The position numbers and the translations under genes are program-made. Of a stretch of DNA of 64,000 nucleotides, positions 11,986 to 24,343 are shown piece by piece. The stretch lies in contig CM030334.1 of assembly GCA_017654855.1 (NCBI GenBank), positions 2,232,001 through 2,296,000 on the forward strand. Reading direction: 5' to 3'. The notes beneath the pieces are model-generated. The model was not told the origin of the DNA. It worked only from the letters and a program-made list of their open reading frames with translations, and searched no databases. The DNA is from Podospora anserina. Its lineage: Eukaryota. Each line of letters opens with the position of its first letter. Positions within the stretch are counted from its first letter, which is position 1.

Positions 11986-13071
11986 CTACATTCCCTTCTG
12001 CTCTCCCCCAGCAAGCCTCCCCAACCTCTTCTCCCTCCACCACCACGCATCCAGCATCGCAACTCCCGGGCCCCCCATCACACCAGCCAAAGCAACAACC
12101 GCCAAACCTCCAATCAACTCCCCCAACCCAACCGCCCCCGCAGCCCACACATCAACCATCAACCCCAAACTCCAAACCAACAAGCCCCCAAACGAACAGA
12201 GCAAATCATACTGCAAAAGCCCCCTCGTGCTCATCACAAACTCCCTCTTTGCCATGGTCACCGGCACAAAAACCTCCCAGAGGGAGAATCCGCTGTGGAG
12301 TATCACGTACCACCAAACCACCATGCTGATCCCCGCAACAACCAAACTCAACGCCCCCTTCCCAACCAACTTACTCCCCTTTGCCCATCCTGTTGGGATT
12401 GTTTTGGCAAGTACGGTATTTGCGAGGCCGATCCAAAGAGGAGCGGGCTGCCATAGCCAGGTGTAATAGTGTCTTTGGTCGAGACTGTGGGGGAAGAACA
12501 TGTGGTATACCCAGGCGTAATGCAGCGCCACAAGAAGGGGTAGCAGAAAGGGGATGTATTCCTCTTTTAGGAGCCTTTTTCGGGGGTCGAGGGCGAGGAT
12601 GCTGGTGCTGGGGGAGAATGTGAAGTGCAGCCAGCAGTACAGCGGGGCAAGGACACCGAGGCCGAGGATCTGGGCGGCGAAGTTCCATGCTGTGGCTAGG
12701 TAGGCTGCTGTGTAGGCGTTGCCGTCGCGGAACGACTCTAGCAGTAAAACGAGGTAGACTGGCCCGAGGTCGACGAGGAAGAAGAGCATTTGGTGCCAGG
12801 CTAGGGGGTCTATGGATAGGGTGCTGGGCGCGAAGATTACGCTTATGGGGCGGAAGAGGTCGTTGGCGGGTTTCCAGGGGAAGACACCCTCCAGAACTGG
12901 GACTGGGCCGGAGGGGTGGGGGATGAACCCCTTTTCCAAAATGGGCGGGACGAGCTCGACGAAGGTGTCGCGGTCGAATCTCTTGTTGCAAAAGTAGGAG
13001 AGGTAGAGGAGGGGCAGGGCGAGGACGCCGCGGCCTAGGCGGGAGGAGAGGAGGAGGGTGAGGGTGCCCAT
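11986..13071 (-). CDS. Multi-pass membrane protein, CtvD/AurD/AtmA-like (secondary-metabolism associated family)
   Basis: 361-aa ORF with about 8 hydrophobic segments; motifs FLVDLGPVYLVLLLESFR, AQILGLGVLAPLYCWLHF, WLWQPAPLW, LLQYD, GPG...WWWRE. Confidence 0.6.
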   Translation of the reverse strand: MGTLTLLLSSRLGRGVLALPLLYLSYFCNKRFDRDTFVELVPPILEKGFIPHPSGPVPVLEGVFPWKPANDLFRPISVIFAPSTLSIDPLAWHQMLFFLVDLGPVYLVLLLESFRDGNAYTAAYLATAWNFAAQILGLGVLAPLYCWLHFTFSPSTSILALDPRKRLLKEEYIPFLLPLLVALHYAWVYHMFFPHSLDQRHYYTWLWQPAPLWIGLANTVLAKTIPTGWAKGSKLVGKGALSLVVAGISMVVWWYVILHSGFSLWEVFVPVTMAKREFVMSTRGLLQYDLLCSFGGLLVWSLGLMVDVWAAGAVGLGELIGGLAVVALAGVMGGPGVAMLDAWWWREKRLGRLAGGEQKGM

Positions 13072-13571
13072 TTTGAATATTGGTTGTGAGGGTTGGTAGA
13101 GAAGGGGATAATGGGAGAGTGGTGGAGGGGTGGGCGGTGTTCATATGTTGGTCGTAGTGATGGTGGGGGACACAAATGGTTTTTGGAGGTTGGGGATGTT
13201 GGGCTGTTTGCCAACTGCATAATCGCCAAAAGCAACCCTTTTTATAGGCTGGGTTACCGGGACAGTGGACCGGAACACCTAGATAGGAATTAACTTATCA
13301 GGCTGTGAACATGGCGGCATTCGGAGGTTGCAATGAATGCCGACTTTCAACGGGGGAGATGTTGTCTCCGCCCAGCTGTTCGAGGAAGGAGATCGAATAA
13401 GGAAGGCCAGTTTCCTGGTACCCCGCTGGGCTTACTGATGCCTCATGCAGGATACATATCTAACCGCTGATGTGATAGCTTCGAGCAGCTAAAACGCCGT
13501 CTCATGCTAATGCTATGTTGCTGTCCCAGAAATCAAAAACCCAACTCCAACGCCACCTAGTCCAGGGAACC

Positions 13572-15920
13572 CTACAGATGAGGAACCCCAGCGCTCTGCA
13601 TGATCAGATTCACGATGCTCAAAAACCCTTCTCCCAGAATGAAACCCTACGTAATCACAGTCAGCATCTTTCATCAAACCCACACCTCATCCAAGATGCA
13701 GAGAAACTCACAGAAGCCAACACAATCAACGGTGTATCCTGCCACCCCTTGTACGACCTCCACCACCAGCTCAACAATCCACCGATTGTCCTCGCCAGTG
13801 TAAACGACGGCACATTGTACATCCCCACAGCAACCGCAATCCCGCCTGGAACCAGCGCCTGCAGTCGTTTGGTTCGAGTCATCGAGGTGCGAGCCGCTGT
13901 CGTGACGGCAAACAACAAAGCTGCACCCACAGCCCACTCCTTCGCCATCGGAGGTAGTCCCTCACCCGTCACCAGCCTGGCAGTAAAGATCCAGACGTAG
14001 CCAGTAGGCACTTGGAACAAGTCTCCTGGGATAGTGTACACTGAAGTGTAGAGCTGGTAGATGAACGCGCTTGCCACAGCTCCGGCAGTAGCACCGATGA
14101 CTTGTCCCCAGAACTGAGCCTTGGGGGCTGCTCCGAGTAAATGGCCGGTCTTGAGATCCTGCATCAGATCGCCGGCCTGAAGAGCGCCCTGTATTGCCTG
14201 TTAGTTAGATCCAAAGAATGTGTGAGCATCAACATACCGCCTCAGACACAGCTCCAGCAACCAAATTGATCAGGACACTCGACTTGTTCGACTGCGGAAT
14301 GATGAACGCAAAGAACAGCTGAGCAAGCTTGCTAATCCCCGAAACCGGGTTCAAGTCCGTCTCACCAAGAGCCCTCACTCCCATGATACTCAGCACCAGC
14401 GCCATAAACACCGCCGTAATAGTAGCATAAAGCGGCACCAAGTCTCCAAAAACATAGTGAATGCACCCAACGCAAAAGATGATCGAGGCAGCAAGCCCAA
14501 TGCTCACCACCTTGTTGCTGATCTGTTGGTCAGGAGGCGCATCATCATGTTCCTTCTCCTCCTCAGTCTCAGCAAGCAACGGGCCTCCATCTTCCGACTC
14601 GGAAGAAGAGTCGGTCCTAAGCAGAGAGGCATACCCCTGGCGTCCTCCCGGCAGCAAATTCCTGACGCTCTTTGGCAACACCCCCTTGATCCGAGGCCAG
14701 TACAACCTCACCGACCTGAAAGCCAAATACCCCAAGCTCACCACGGAGTCAGCAAGCATAATAGCCAACGAAACCCAAACGATCCACCCCTTACTCCCAT
14801 GCTCCCAATCCGACACCGGCCCCGGAGCCCATCCCTTGTTCTTTGCCAGCGGTGACAAAACCCCCCATCCCACCACCGCACCAAGAAGCATATGCAACGT
14901 CGTCGCTGGACCCATGATAATTCCCTGTCCCACATACGCCAAACTCGGGTTGAGTGTCCAAAGCCACGTGCTCGCCGCGACACTTCCAAAGACGGGAATG
15001 TTCCTCAACACAGGCAAAAAATACGTCGCAAAAGTCGAGATGCCGGAAAGCAAAAAGCATACAATCAACAGTCTCACATTCCTCTTCCACCCCTCGGATT
15101 TCTTGTTATCCTCCTCCTCCCCATCCCTCACCTCCTCCCCCCCATAAGAACTCTCATCATCCCCAACCAAACTCGCAAACCCATGCGGGTTTTTCCTCTC
15201 CCCGCCCGCCTCCTCCACCCCCTTCGTCTGCCCATGCAGCACACTGATCAAAACCGCCGTGCTAAACCCACTCGGAAACTTCAGCTGCTCCCTAATCAGC
15301 ACCTGCCTCCTCAACGGCACCGCAAAAACAACCCCAAAAAAACACAACCCCACCCCCCAAACACACCCCCTCCACAACCCCATCCTCACCGGCCCCATTT
15401 CTTCTTCCCTGAGCAAATACTCCATCGCAGGAACAACACCAACAAACCCGCACCCCAAAGGCATGATCGCCATGCTCCCCGCCACAGTCTGAACAAGCAC
15501 GTTTTCCACCGGACTGAACGGCAGGTCCCCTAATCGATCCCTCAACAACCTAAAGATCCCGAAACCGAGGAGGGAGGCGGGCATGGTCATTGTTGATACC
15601 CAGCCTGTCTGCAGGCCAAAGTACATGTTGCTGAAGCAGATTATCAGACCGACGAGGAGGCCCACCGCCAGCGCGCGGGGGGTGAAATGGCTGCCGCGAA
15701 TGATTTTTCGTTTTCGAGGCGAAGGGGAGGGGGAGGGGGAAGGGGTCAAAAGGGGGGAGGTATCGTTCGGGTCGTCATGAACCACCGCTGGGATCGCCAG
15801 GCCGGACGCTGCCGAAGAAGAAGAAAAAGAAGAAGAAGAGGAGGAGAAGGAGGTGAGTGATGAGGACCGTTTGCGCACCCCTCCCCCATCATCGACAGGA
15901 GTGGTTATTGAGCCTGCCAT
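13572..15920 (-). CDS. OPT-family oligopeptide/metal-chelate transporter (YSL-like, YGL114W/Opt8 type), 3 exons
   Basis: FTPRALAVGLLVG..SNMYFGLQTGWVS, ENVLVQTVA, PLRRQVLIREQLKFPSG, GETDLNPVSGISKLAQL, AGDLMQDLKTGHLLGAAPKAQF, AVGMYNVPSFTLAR, ASGFILGEG. Introns near 14238-14190 and 13711-13647. Confidence 0.9.
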
Positions 15921-16052
15921 TTTGGCGTGATGAAAATCAAATGATGAGATGAAAGGGGATGAAGAACAGATGTGAGGCCTACATCAAGACTGCCTGGCGG
16001 ATTAATGATAAACAATGATGAAGATGATGCTAAATAATGAAATGTTTTGAGC

Positions 16053-16085
16053 GAGAGAGAGAGAGAGAGAGAGTGTGTGTGTGTG
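16053..16085 (+). repeat. Compound (GA)n(GT)n microsatellite upstream of the OPT gene
   Basis: gagagagagagagagagagagtgtgtgtgtgtg. Confidence 0.85.
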
Positions 16086-16432
16086 AAACAATCAATTGAT
16101 AACACAACACACACCCGCTGAGGCACGCCACCGCTTAGTGACCAATAAGCCGCTAACCCCATCAGGAGCGGGTAAAATGCACACCCGCTACCCAATTCAG
16201 CGTGACCACTAACACTAACACGCACACCAATCCCGGTGCTGCCTGACGTGTTCACCAGCTAGTTACGGAGTAGTGCAACTGATGAAAATAAAATCATGGG
16301 CAGGTTCGGGTTCTTCTCGAGATTGACTGACATGTTCAAGCAGGACTCGCAGTCACACTCTTCCCCCCCAAGAATAATTGACACCGGCCATATCCGTACC
16401 TCAAAGGCAAATGAATAGGCATTTTAAACATC

Positions 16433-16570
16433 TTTAAAGGTCTCTTGACTGTCTTTAGAGGTCTGTCAACTCTCTTTTAAGGTCTTATAGTTCTTTGCAA
16501 GGACTATGGACTTATGTTTAAAGGCCTATTAACTGTCTTTAAAGGCCCATAAATTGTCTTTAAAGGCATA
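16433..16570 (+). repeat. 21-bp degenerate tandem array B (about 6.5 units)
   Basis: Units in phase at 16433, 16454, 16475, about 16495, 16517, 16538, 16559; e.g. tttaaaggtctcttgactgtc, tttagaggtctgtcaactctc, tttaaaggcctattaactgtc, tttaaaggcccataaattgtc. Confidence 0.9.
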
Positions 16571-16861
16571 CCTTACCACATGATAACAGGTTTAACCAGA
16601 CATTAACGGGGAACAATCACAATCAAGCACCACTTTTATCACCATATGCCTCACTCACTCAAAAGCACCAGACAACAAGAAAACATAAATCTGCTCCCTA
16701 CCCATTGCTTTCTCAACGCCCTATCCCCCCAACGCCCCCCCTTATCTCTTTCCTAATACATAAATTATCACAATAAACCAAAGCCAAGCAAAAATATCAC
16801 CATCAACTCAATACGCTGTTCACCCCCCTATCCACACGCTATCTTCCACCCCCTACACACT

Positions 16862-19800
16862 CTACTCGGTAGTATCCATCTTTTCCCCCTCCCCCTCCCC
16901 CTCCGTAACCCCCACCAATTTCTCCTCCTTCACCCTCCTCGCCTCGGCCCTCCTCTCCTCCTTCCAGGCCTCAATCCTCTCCTTCAGCTCTGTATGCGGC
17001 ACCACATCCTCGATACTCATCGGCTGCCTCGTGTACGGATCCTTCGGATCGCTCAACAAATGCTGCACGATCGTGCTCCGGTCCACCACGTGCCTCGACG
17101 GCAACCAAACCGGATCATCCATCAGACTCCCCATGATCGGGTCCTCAAACTCGGCCGGCGCGTCGTCAAAGTCAATCTCGGCCTGCTCCAATATCTCCTT
17201 GGCCTTTCTGAACTTCTCACACAGCCTCTCCCACGCCTGGACCTCGTGCTCATCTTTCAGGTGCTTCCCCCTAAGGATCTGGGCAGTCTGCCTCATTGTC
17301 GAGTCGCGGTAGGAGCGGCCATCTCCCGCGACCGCCTCGACAAAGGCGGGGGAGGAGCCGAGGTTGAGGTAAATGTCCGCAATTTCGGGCAGCAAGGTTT
17401 TGGGCGAAAAGTGGTACTTCTCGGGATTGTCGACGCGCAAGTTCTTGGACTTGGGACCCGTCAACATGTCGAGGTTGTAGTCCAGCATGCCCGCCAGACG
17501 CTGGACAATCTCTGGCATCGTGAACGCTTCGCTCAGAGTCTTGGTAAACAGCCTCATCATGCCGACCGTCTCATTGGCAAGCTGCATGAACGACGTGGCC
17601 CTGTTCTCGGCCTCACGCAGCTCTTCCTCCAACCTCTCCCGGTCCTGCTGCGACAGGTTTGGATTCTTCAAATCGAGCTGAAACTGGTGGATTTTGGGGA
17701 ACTTCCCCAAGCCCTCATCAAGAACATACGTAGCGTCGTTCATCAAAAGGTTGACAAAGCGTACGAAGAACGACCGGTTAGACCTACCACTGGTCAGTAT
17801 GACGATCAGCCTCGACCGAAAGAGAGGAAAACTCACTTGCTAGACTGCACCAGCTGCTGCCTGTAATGGTCGTTGACCCACACACACTTGATGATCTGAA
17901 AGATCTCGTACCGAATGTTGAACTTGTCGTAGAACCCATTCTCGGTAAGCTCGCACTCAATGTAAAACTTCATAACCGCATGGAGCAGGTACTGGTTCGC
18001 AAACTTGGTGCTCGTCATCAGCTCGCCCAAGAACCCCTTGCTGAGATGATACCTAGGCCATGTCCCCTGGTACAAGAGCGTGATCAACGACGACTTCAAG
18101 TACGGGTTCTTGACGTACTCGGACGACTCCAAAAAGGTGATGCAGAGCGCAATCAGCTCGTCCCCGACCGCATTGACAATAACCTGCGGCACCTCTCGGA
18201 AGACAAACTTGAAGTTGTCCACAACATCCTGCAACGCGTACTCGGGAAGGCACTGGAATGCCTCGGGCTGTTGGGCTGGCAGCGGGAGCGTGAGCTGCTT
18301 CTCCGGCGTGTACTCCGTCCCGCTGGCAACGCGCAAAAGCCAGACCGTGACATAGCGCATAAACAGCAGCGAACGGGCCTGCATCTTTTGCTCCAGCGAT
18401 ACGCCAGAGATGCACATTCTAAGAGACATGGAGGCTTCCAATATGGCCGTATACCGTTTCAGAGCATCATCCAACCGCCGAAGCTCAGAAGGCCGGTTGA
18501 TCACCTTGGGCCGCTCGGCCTCTATCAGGGCAATGTTCTTTTCGAAGTGCTTAATCTCCCTGTCCAGCGTCTTGAGCTTGGCATTGGTTGCCTCGCTTCC
18601 GTAGTGGTGAGCCGCGAGTGTCAAAAAGAACACCTCGGTGATGAAGTTGTTGTCGCCCTCCAGCTTGGTCGAGTAAAACTTGTCCGACTGGGCCTGGTCG
18701 GCATTGAGCTTGGTCTCGTCCTTGATGTCAATCCTTGGATTTCTCCGAAAGTAGTTGATATCGATGCGGCTGACTTTGGAGAATGTGCTGTCCATGAATG
18801 GCTCGCAGAGGTAGTCCAGAATGACGGTGACATTGATCATGAAGCCGTCCGAGGACACTTCCCTGGGATCATGCTGCATGGCTCGTCGTTTGTGGTTGAC
18901 GTTCATGATGTAGGCGAACCAATCCAGGACCTTGTTCCGTGTCTGGTTGCTGGCGCGAATAAAGGCATTAATGATATCTCTGAGGTCGGCTTGGTGTGTG
19001 TTGAGGGTCATTTGCAGGGCGCTCTGAGACGTCGCGATATGTCTGGGGTCCATGGTGCGAGGCCCAGCAAAGTACACAGCAGCAACCTCTGGCTGCAGGG
19101 GCGATATCCTGAAGAAGGGGCCCAGAAGGGTGTTCTTCTCGATGCCCGGTGCCGATTGCGCCATCTGGAAGCACGGGTGAGCTGCCAGTTCATTCAGAAG
19201 TGGCGCATATCTGGCATATGTTTTCAGGGCCTAATAATGTCAGCACAATCTTTTCAACCGTGCTCGTCTCGATTCACTTACATTAACATAAGGCTTGTAA
19301 TCATCATTCATGGTCATCGTAGAGAGCTTGCTGCTGATATCAACAATGGCCTTAGTGAACAGCGGCGCAATGGTATCATCCTCATCGAATCGAGACACGG
19401 CCTCCCCGATGAAGTCCATACACAGCCCACTCTCGTTCTCAACCTCCTTCAAGAGATACGGAACGAGTGTGTCGTGCACGGGGCTCGATTCCCGACTTCA
19501 CGCCCACAAAAGTCAGCATACCAAACAAAAAGCTGACCCGTTTTTGACAGAAAATACCTGAACAGTTCCGGCATCGTCAACGAAAAGATGCAGTTGCTAA
19601 AGCACAATCGTCTCGCCTCCTTCAACAAGGCCTCCTTCTGGGGGGTTGGGTTCCTCAGCGCCTTAAGCGTCCGGACTACCCGCTTCCAGCAAGCCAGCAG
19701 GTACTCAAAGAGTGGCTTGTCCTTTGGGTACTCTGTGGCCGCCTCCATGATGGCCTCCTCCAGCCGGTCCTGGGACAGCTTCAGAGGGGCCACCTCGTCT

Positions 19801-20366
19801 GTGAGGTCCTGGCTCAGGTTGGGCAAGAATGTCAACTTGTGGCCGTGGGCATCTTTTGTGCGTGCAGCATCCACCGTCATGCGGAAGATGGACCCCAGGA
19901 TTCGGTCGGCATAGTCTTCGAAGGATTCCTGAGCTGGTGTCTGTTTCCGTGGTGGAGCTGGGGCTCCTGATGGTGAACCCTCCAGCTCCGAGGCCCGTCT
20001 TTTAGATCCCAGCTCTTCCCCGAGTATGCTGTTGACGGCCTTGTCTTTTGGGGCGGTTGCGGAGGACGGCGAAGGGCTGATGTTGATTTGTGATCGGTTC
20101 GCGATGGGAACGATGGGGGCTGCCTTCTCAGGCACGGGTGTCCCACTGGTTGGTGAGCCACCGGTTGGTGATGTGGTCGATGGGCTGTTTGCTCCCGAGC
20201 CAGCCGCGCTGCCGGGCCCACCGCCGAGCTTCTCGAGTCTTCGGCGACGGATTGCCTCCATGGTTTCTCGGTCGGGCGCATCAGGCAGTGTCGACGCCGG
20301 GGCTGGTGGCGGGGCCGGGGCCGGGGCCGGGGCCGCTGGCGGCTGCTGTTCTTCAGTAGGATCCAT
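16862..20366 (-). CDS. UFD2: Ubiquitin conjugation factor E4 (U-box), multi-exon
   Basis: IRRRRLEKLGG N-terminus; Ufd2P core (TLLGPFFRISPLQ, SSDGFMIN, FITEVFFLTLAAHHYG, KNPYLKSSL, FYDKFNIRYEIFQIIK, FVRFVNLLMNDATYVLDE); C-terminal U-box EFEDPIMGSLMDDPVWLP..DRSTIVQHLLSDPKDPYTRQPM. Confidence 0.95.
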
Positions 20367-21127
20367 CGTGATGATTCGGCAGTCTTATTCGGCCGACGGG
20401 CGGTGCTGGAAAAGTCTAGGAATTGACAGCAGAAGCAGACAGATAAAAAGAAGAAAAAGACTCTTTAAGGAATGCAGAGAGAAGATTTAACGGCAGCCAC
20501 CAACACACTAGAACTTTTTGCCTTGAAAGCCAAAAACCTTGGAAGTCGCCTGAAGCTCCAGAGTAAATATGGCGGGGTCGGAACTCAGCTCACGTTGGGG
20601 GGGTTGCGCTAACAGCTGGAGCCTAAAGACAGCCTGGACAAAGTATTCTTGGGACGAAAATGCCCTGTCATTGACTTGTGCCCGGCGCTGCTTTGGGCGC
20701 TGTGTGCGCTGGAAGCTCGCAGAAGACGCCTTTTCCGCCTTTTAAGAGAGAGCTGATGGTAGGCATTACTAATCTAACCTTATCCTTATCTTATCGTTAT
20801 CGTTGCCTAGAGGGCATCACCACTTCGACATAGGTAGACTATACCATGTTTCTTTCTTCTTTCTATTCTTCAAGCTTCATCCTCCTTCATTATTAGTTGC
20901 TCGTCTATTTTTGTTGTTTCTACATGAAGAGACCTGCCCACAGAACATCTCTGAATAACCTCATTACGCATACCTAATTCATGATGCAACCCATTACGTC
21001 CATAGCGCCATATCAACGATAGCCATACAACTCTCACACAGCTCATGACTGGGCAACATTGCCTCCCGTCCATACCCAGCGCCAGAAAATATGCGGTACG
21101 CTTTGATCAACATTCAACATTGTATCT

Positions 21128-22675
21128 TCACAGCCGGGGAGGTGGCTCTCCTCTCCCATCACTGTTCCGGCGGCTAGCTGTAGTCCGGTATGGCAGTCCG
21201 CCCTCTGTTAACCTGACAGGGAAGTTGTTGTTGATATCGTTGGCGGATGACATTTGCGACATTGACGCCATTCCAGAATTGCCCATGCCGCTTCCTGACG
21301 AGCTCACTGCTCCGGCTCGCTGCTGGAGATGGTTGTGTCTCTGCATGTTCATCAACCAGGTAGTGTGCATGTTCAGGACGCCCACTTTGCTGCCTAGTTC
21401 GACGAGCTGCTGGTTGAGTGGCATGATCTGCTGTAGCATACTCATGGACTGGTGCGCATCCAGCTCAACCACCTGCTTGGAAAGGTCCTCCATCCGGCTT
21501 TCCAGTCGCTCGAAGCGGGCAAGCATGTAGTCTTCGGGTGAGCCCCATGATCTATTCTCGCCTGCTCCCACATTGGAAAGGTCTGGTCTCCATTCCATGT
21601 CGTAAAAGAAAGTGGAGGGATCGGGAGCGGAGAGGTCGATTGCGTCTGCTCCGTGGGACGTATTTGGTGCCTGGCGGGAGAGTTCTCGCCGACGAGCGCG
21701 TCGTTCCTGATGCTCTCGCCGCTCCGTCTCCAAAGCCACCAAGCGATCGGTGAGGTTGTCGATTATCCGGCGGTCCTCGGCCCGTTGCTTGAGGAGTTCC
21801 CCAATAATCTCGTAGGGGCAGCCAGTCTCATGTTCTTGAACCAGGTACCGTTTATCGTCGACCTTGCAGCCGGCAATGTGCCACTTGCACCGTACCTGCG
21901 TTTCCAGACAGTCTTCGGCGCAGTGCTTCTCCATGCGATGGAGAACGACGGTTGCTTCGCACGCCGAGCACTTTGTTGTTGCTCCGCTGCAGAGGAAGTC
22001 ATAGTGTGTGTTCAGATCCACCAGCGCCACCCTCTCGTCACAGTATCGGCATGACACCTCGCGATGCATGCAGGTGCTGGCAGGTCCCTGGACGTGGCGG
22101 CGGGCAATTCTCTTCCTGCATCTGGCGTCGGGGCAGCGCACCATGGTGTGCTCGCAGCGGCGCTCATAATGGCTGTCGAGATGCTCCCGAGGGCAGATGT
22201 GATCGCAGCCCTTGTTGGGGCATTTGACTTTGAGGCGATCGAGTTGATCTTTGATGATCAGCGGTGGCCGATGATAGTCATGCGTCTTTGTGAGCGGCTG
22301 ACGGTCGATGGGACATGTTGGCTGGATGTCAAGGGCTCGGTTGATGCACCAGGCGCAGAATGTGTGACCGCATGATGTGGTTATGGGTTCATGAAATGGT
22401 GTTTTGCACACTGGGCACAGAAGCGTCTCATCTACTGTGTCGAGATACTCGAGGATCTGGTAGTCTATCTCGAGGAGCGCAGGGTCCTCTGGTGACGAAG
22501 GGACGACTGTGTGTATGGTGGTGGTGGTGGTGGTAGCAGCAGCCTCAGGCGAGGGGGCCTGCTCAGGCGCTGAATCTACTGGAGGTGGGGTTGCCGTCGC
22601 CAGAATGGACGCGATTCTCGAGGGCTCCGACTGAGGGGGAAGCAAGCCTTCCTCTGGGGTATTTGGTGGTGGCAT
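21128..22675 (-). CDS. RING finger plus TRAF/SIAH-type zinc finger protein with coiled coil (putative E3 ligase)
   Basis: C3HC4 RING LLCPVCKTPFHEPITTSCGHTFCAWCI..CPIDRQ, followed by LKVKCPNKGCDHICPREHLDSHYERRC and further CxxC..H..C fingers. First ATG (MPPPNT) at 22675. Confidence 0.85.
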   Translation of the reverse strand: MPPPNTPEEGLLPPQSEPSRIASILATATPPPVDSAPEQAPSPEAAATTTTTTIHTVVPSSPEDPALLEIDYQILEYLDTVDETLLCPVCKTPFHEPITTSCGHTFCAWCINRALDIQPTCPIDRQPLTKTHDYHRPPLIIKDQLDRLKVKCPNKGCDHICPREHLDSHYERRCEHTMVRCPDARCRKRIARRHVQGPASTCMHREVSCRYCDERVALVDLNTHYDFLCSGATTKCSACEATVVLHRMEKHCAEDCLETQVRCKWHIAGCKVDDKRYLVQEHETGCPYEIIGELLKQRAEDRRIIDNLTDRLVALETERREHQERRARRRELSRQAPNTSHGADAIDLSAPDPSTFFYDMEWRPDLSNVGAGENRSWGSPEDYMLARFERLESRMEDLSKQVVELDAHQSMSMLQQIMPLNQQLVELGSKVGVLNMHTTWLMNMQRHNHLQQRAGAVSSSGSGMGNSGMASMSQMSSANDINNNFPVRLTEGGLPYRTTASRRNSDGRGEPPPRL

Positions 22676-24343
22676 TGAATTGAATCTGATCGCATCGACA
22701 ACGAAATGTTGATGCAGGTGGCGGCGACGGGGACTGACCTGAAGAGGAGGGTTGCGGCGCAATGGAGGCGGCTGGGAGGTGGAAGTACCAGCTCTGCCGA
22801 GGCCACCACCTATCACCGCATCGATAGCTGATCCATGTACCCCACTTTCAAATTATAAGGCTGACTTGGGTGTCCGCCTTTTGTCTTTCGTTTTCTCAAA
22901 CACTTCAGCAAACTGAGGGTTCGACAACCGTGAAGTGGTACTTGTGCTACCTCAATATTAGCCCTCTGGATATGCCATCTGCACAGCCAAGAGCTGTATG
23001 ACTTTGTCATCGCGCGCAGGACTCGATCAAAAGAGCGGGGATTTGTCCCTCCAGAACCTTGACGACTGGCCCTATCGATAAGAAAAGTGGGACCTATGAA
23101 GCTACTGGCACCCTAAGGTAGAGTGGGTAGCCAGGCCATGGCAGCAGATGGCGACATGTGATAAAAACATATTGTTGAACTACCGCTCATGCAGTTTATA
23201 TAACTCTTCTGGAAGTTTGTCTCATCCATTCAGCTCCTAAACACTGAGGTCATAATCAACAACACCTGTAGCTCGCCCTCCATCTAGGGTTAGGGTCTCT
23301 GTTCCTTCCCCTCTTCTTCGTTCTCCATACAACTTCTCACTATTTTCTGGCGTGAGACAAAGGAGCATAATGCAGCATGCATACTACGAGCCTCGGAAGG
23401 CACTATATGCTTTCATAACAGACCTCCGTCTAGGCACTGCAGTGAGATTGCAAGTCGTGCTCCATGTTGAGTGATCCTGCTGTGCTCACTAATCCCTCTC
23501 TTTTCAGTATCACGACTACCCCGCTTCCCAGCCTCACAGCTCAAGCATAGATGAATGTTCCGTACAGCTGTGCCACAGGGACACTGAGCAACGTTCCGAC
23601 TGTCATCGGTGATGTGGGCCATGTCGTCTAACCTAACCATTGCTGCCAAGAATCCCACCTTCTCAAGCGGCTCAACCCAGCTTCCACTCCAATCACTCTT
23701 CATCTCACTGCGTTATTAGCTCGGCTCTATGCAGTACGGGAAGAAAGCCAACCGACATTTATCAAGAAGACGGTGTGCTCTGTCAGCACTCCATTGGATA
23801 TCTCTCCTTAGTCAGCCCCCTACGAGACCAGTCAGACCAGCAAGCGTGTGGCCCAGCAGCCTCAAACGAGGGCGGTAGCACAACCTTATTCGTGCTTTGA
23901 AGAAGCTCGCCGTTGTATCCGTCCTCAGCCTGTAACAAATAGTCCCTTTGCTGCAGATAGGACCCTTGTTTCTTCTTCAGTCCTGTCTGTTTACCCCGCC
24001 GACCCCACGCAACCGTTCTAGGCCTACCTCTTGTGGATATGATATGAGGGATGGCTAGCTGAAGAGACACAAACGGTGCCGGTGCGTTCGTCTTCATGCA
24101 ACCTAGAAGCTCACCTCAGCTATAGGGCTACACCATGTCACTCGACGGCGTCGTCCTTAGGTATAAATGAGCCTGTTCCCACCTCTCTCTCCCTCTCTCG
24201 TGTGTGTCTGCTCTGGTCTTCCTCAACCTTCTCTAGGCTGTCTCGAGTCTTCTCAAGACATCTGGTCCTTTCTTAGTTACTTCACAAACTGGAGTATCTT
24301 GTCTTCTCTGTCCAAGACAACCGCCAACCCCAAGTTGCCCAAG

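Noticed and set aside
16433-16570. 21-bp arrays as a CRISPR-like array
   Set aside because: Units are directly adjacent with no unique spacers, the context is eukaryotic, and there are no cas-like genes.
20515-20640. Possible sixth 21-bp-family array upstream of UFD2 (gccttgaaag, accttggaag)
   Set aside because: Resemblance is weak and no consistent 21-bp phase could be established by eye.
23284-23296. Telomere-like TAGGGTTAGGG words (also near 30082-30093)
   Set aside because: Only about two units each, too short to call an interstitial telomere or a binding site.
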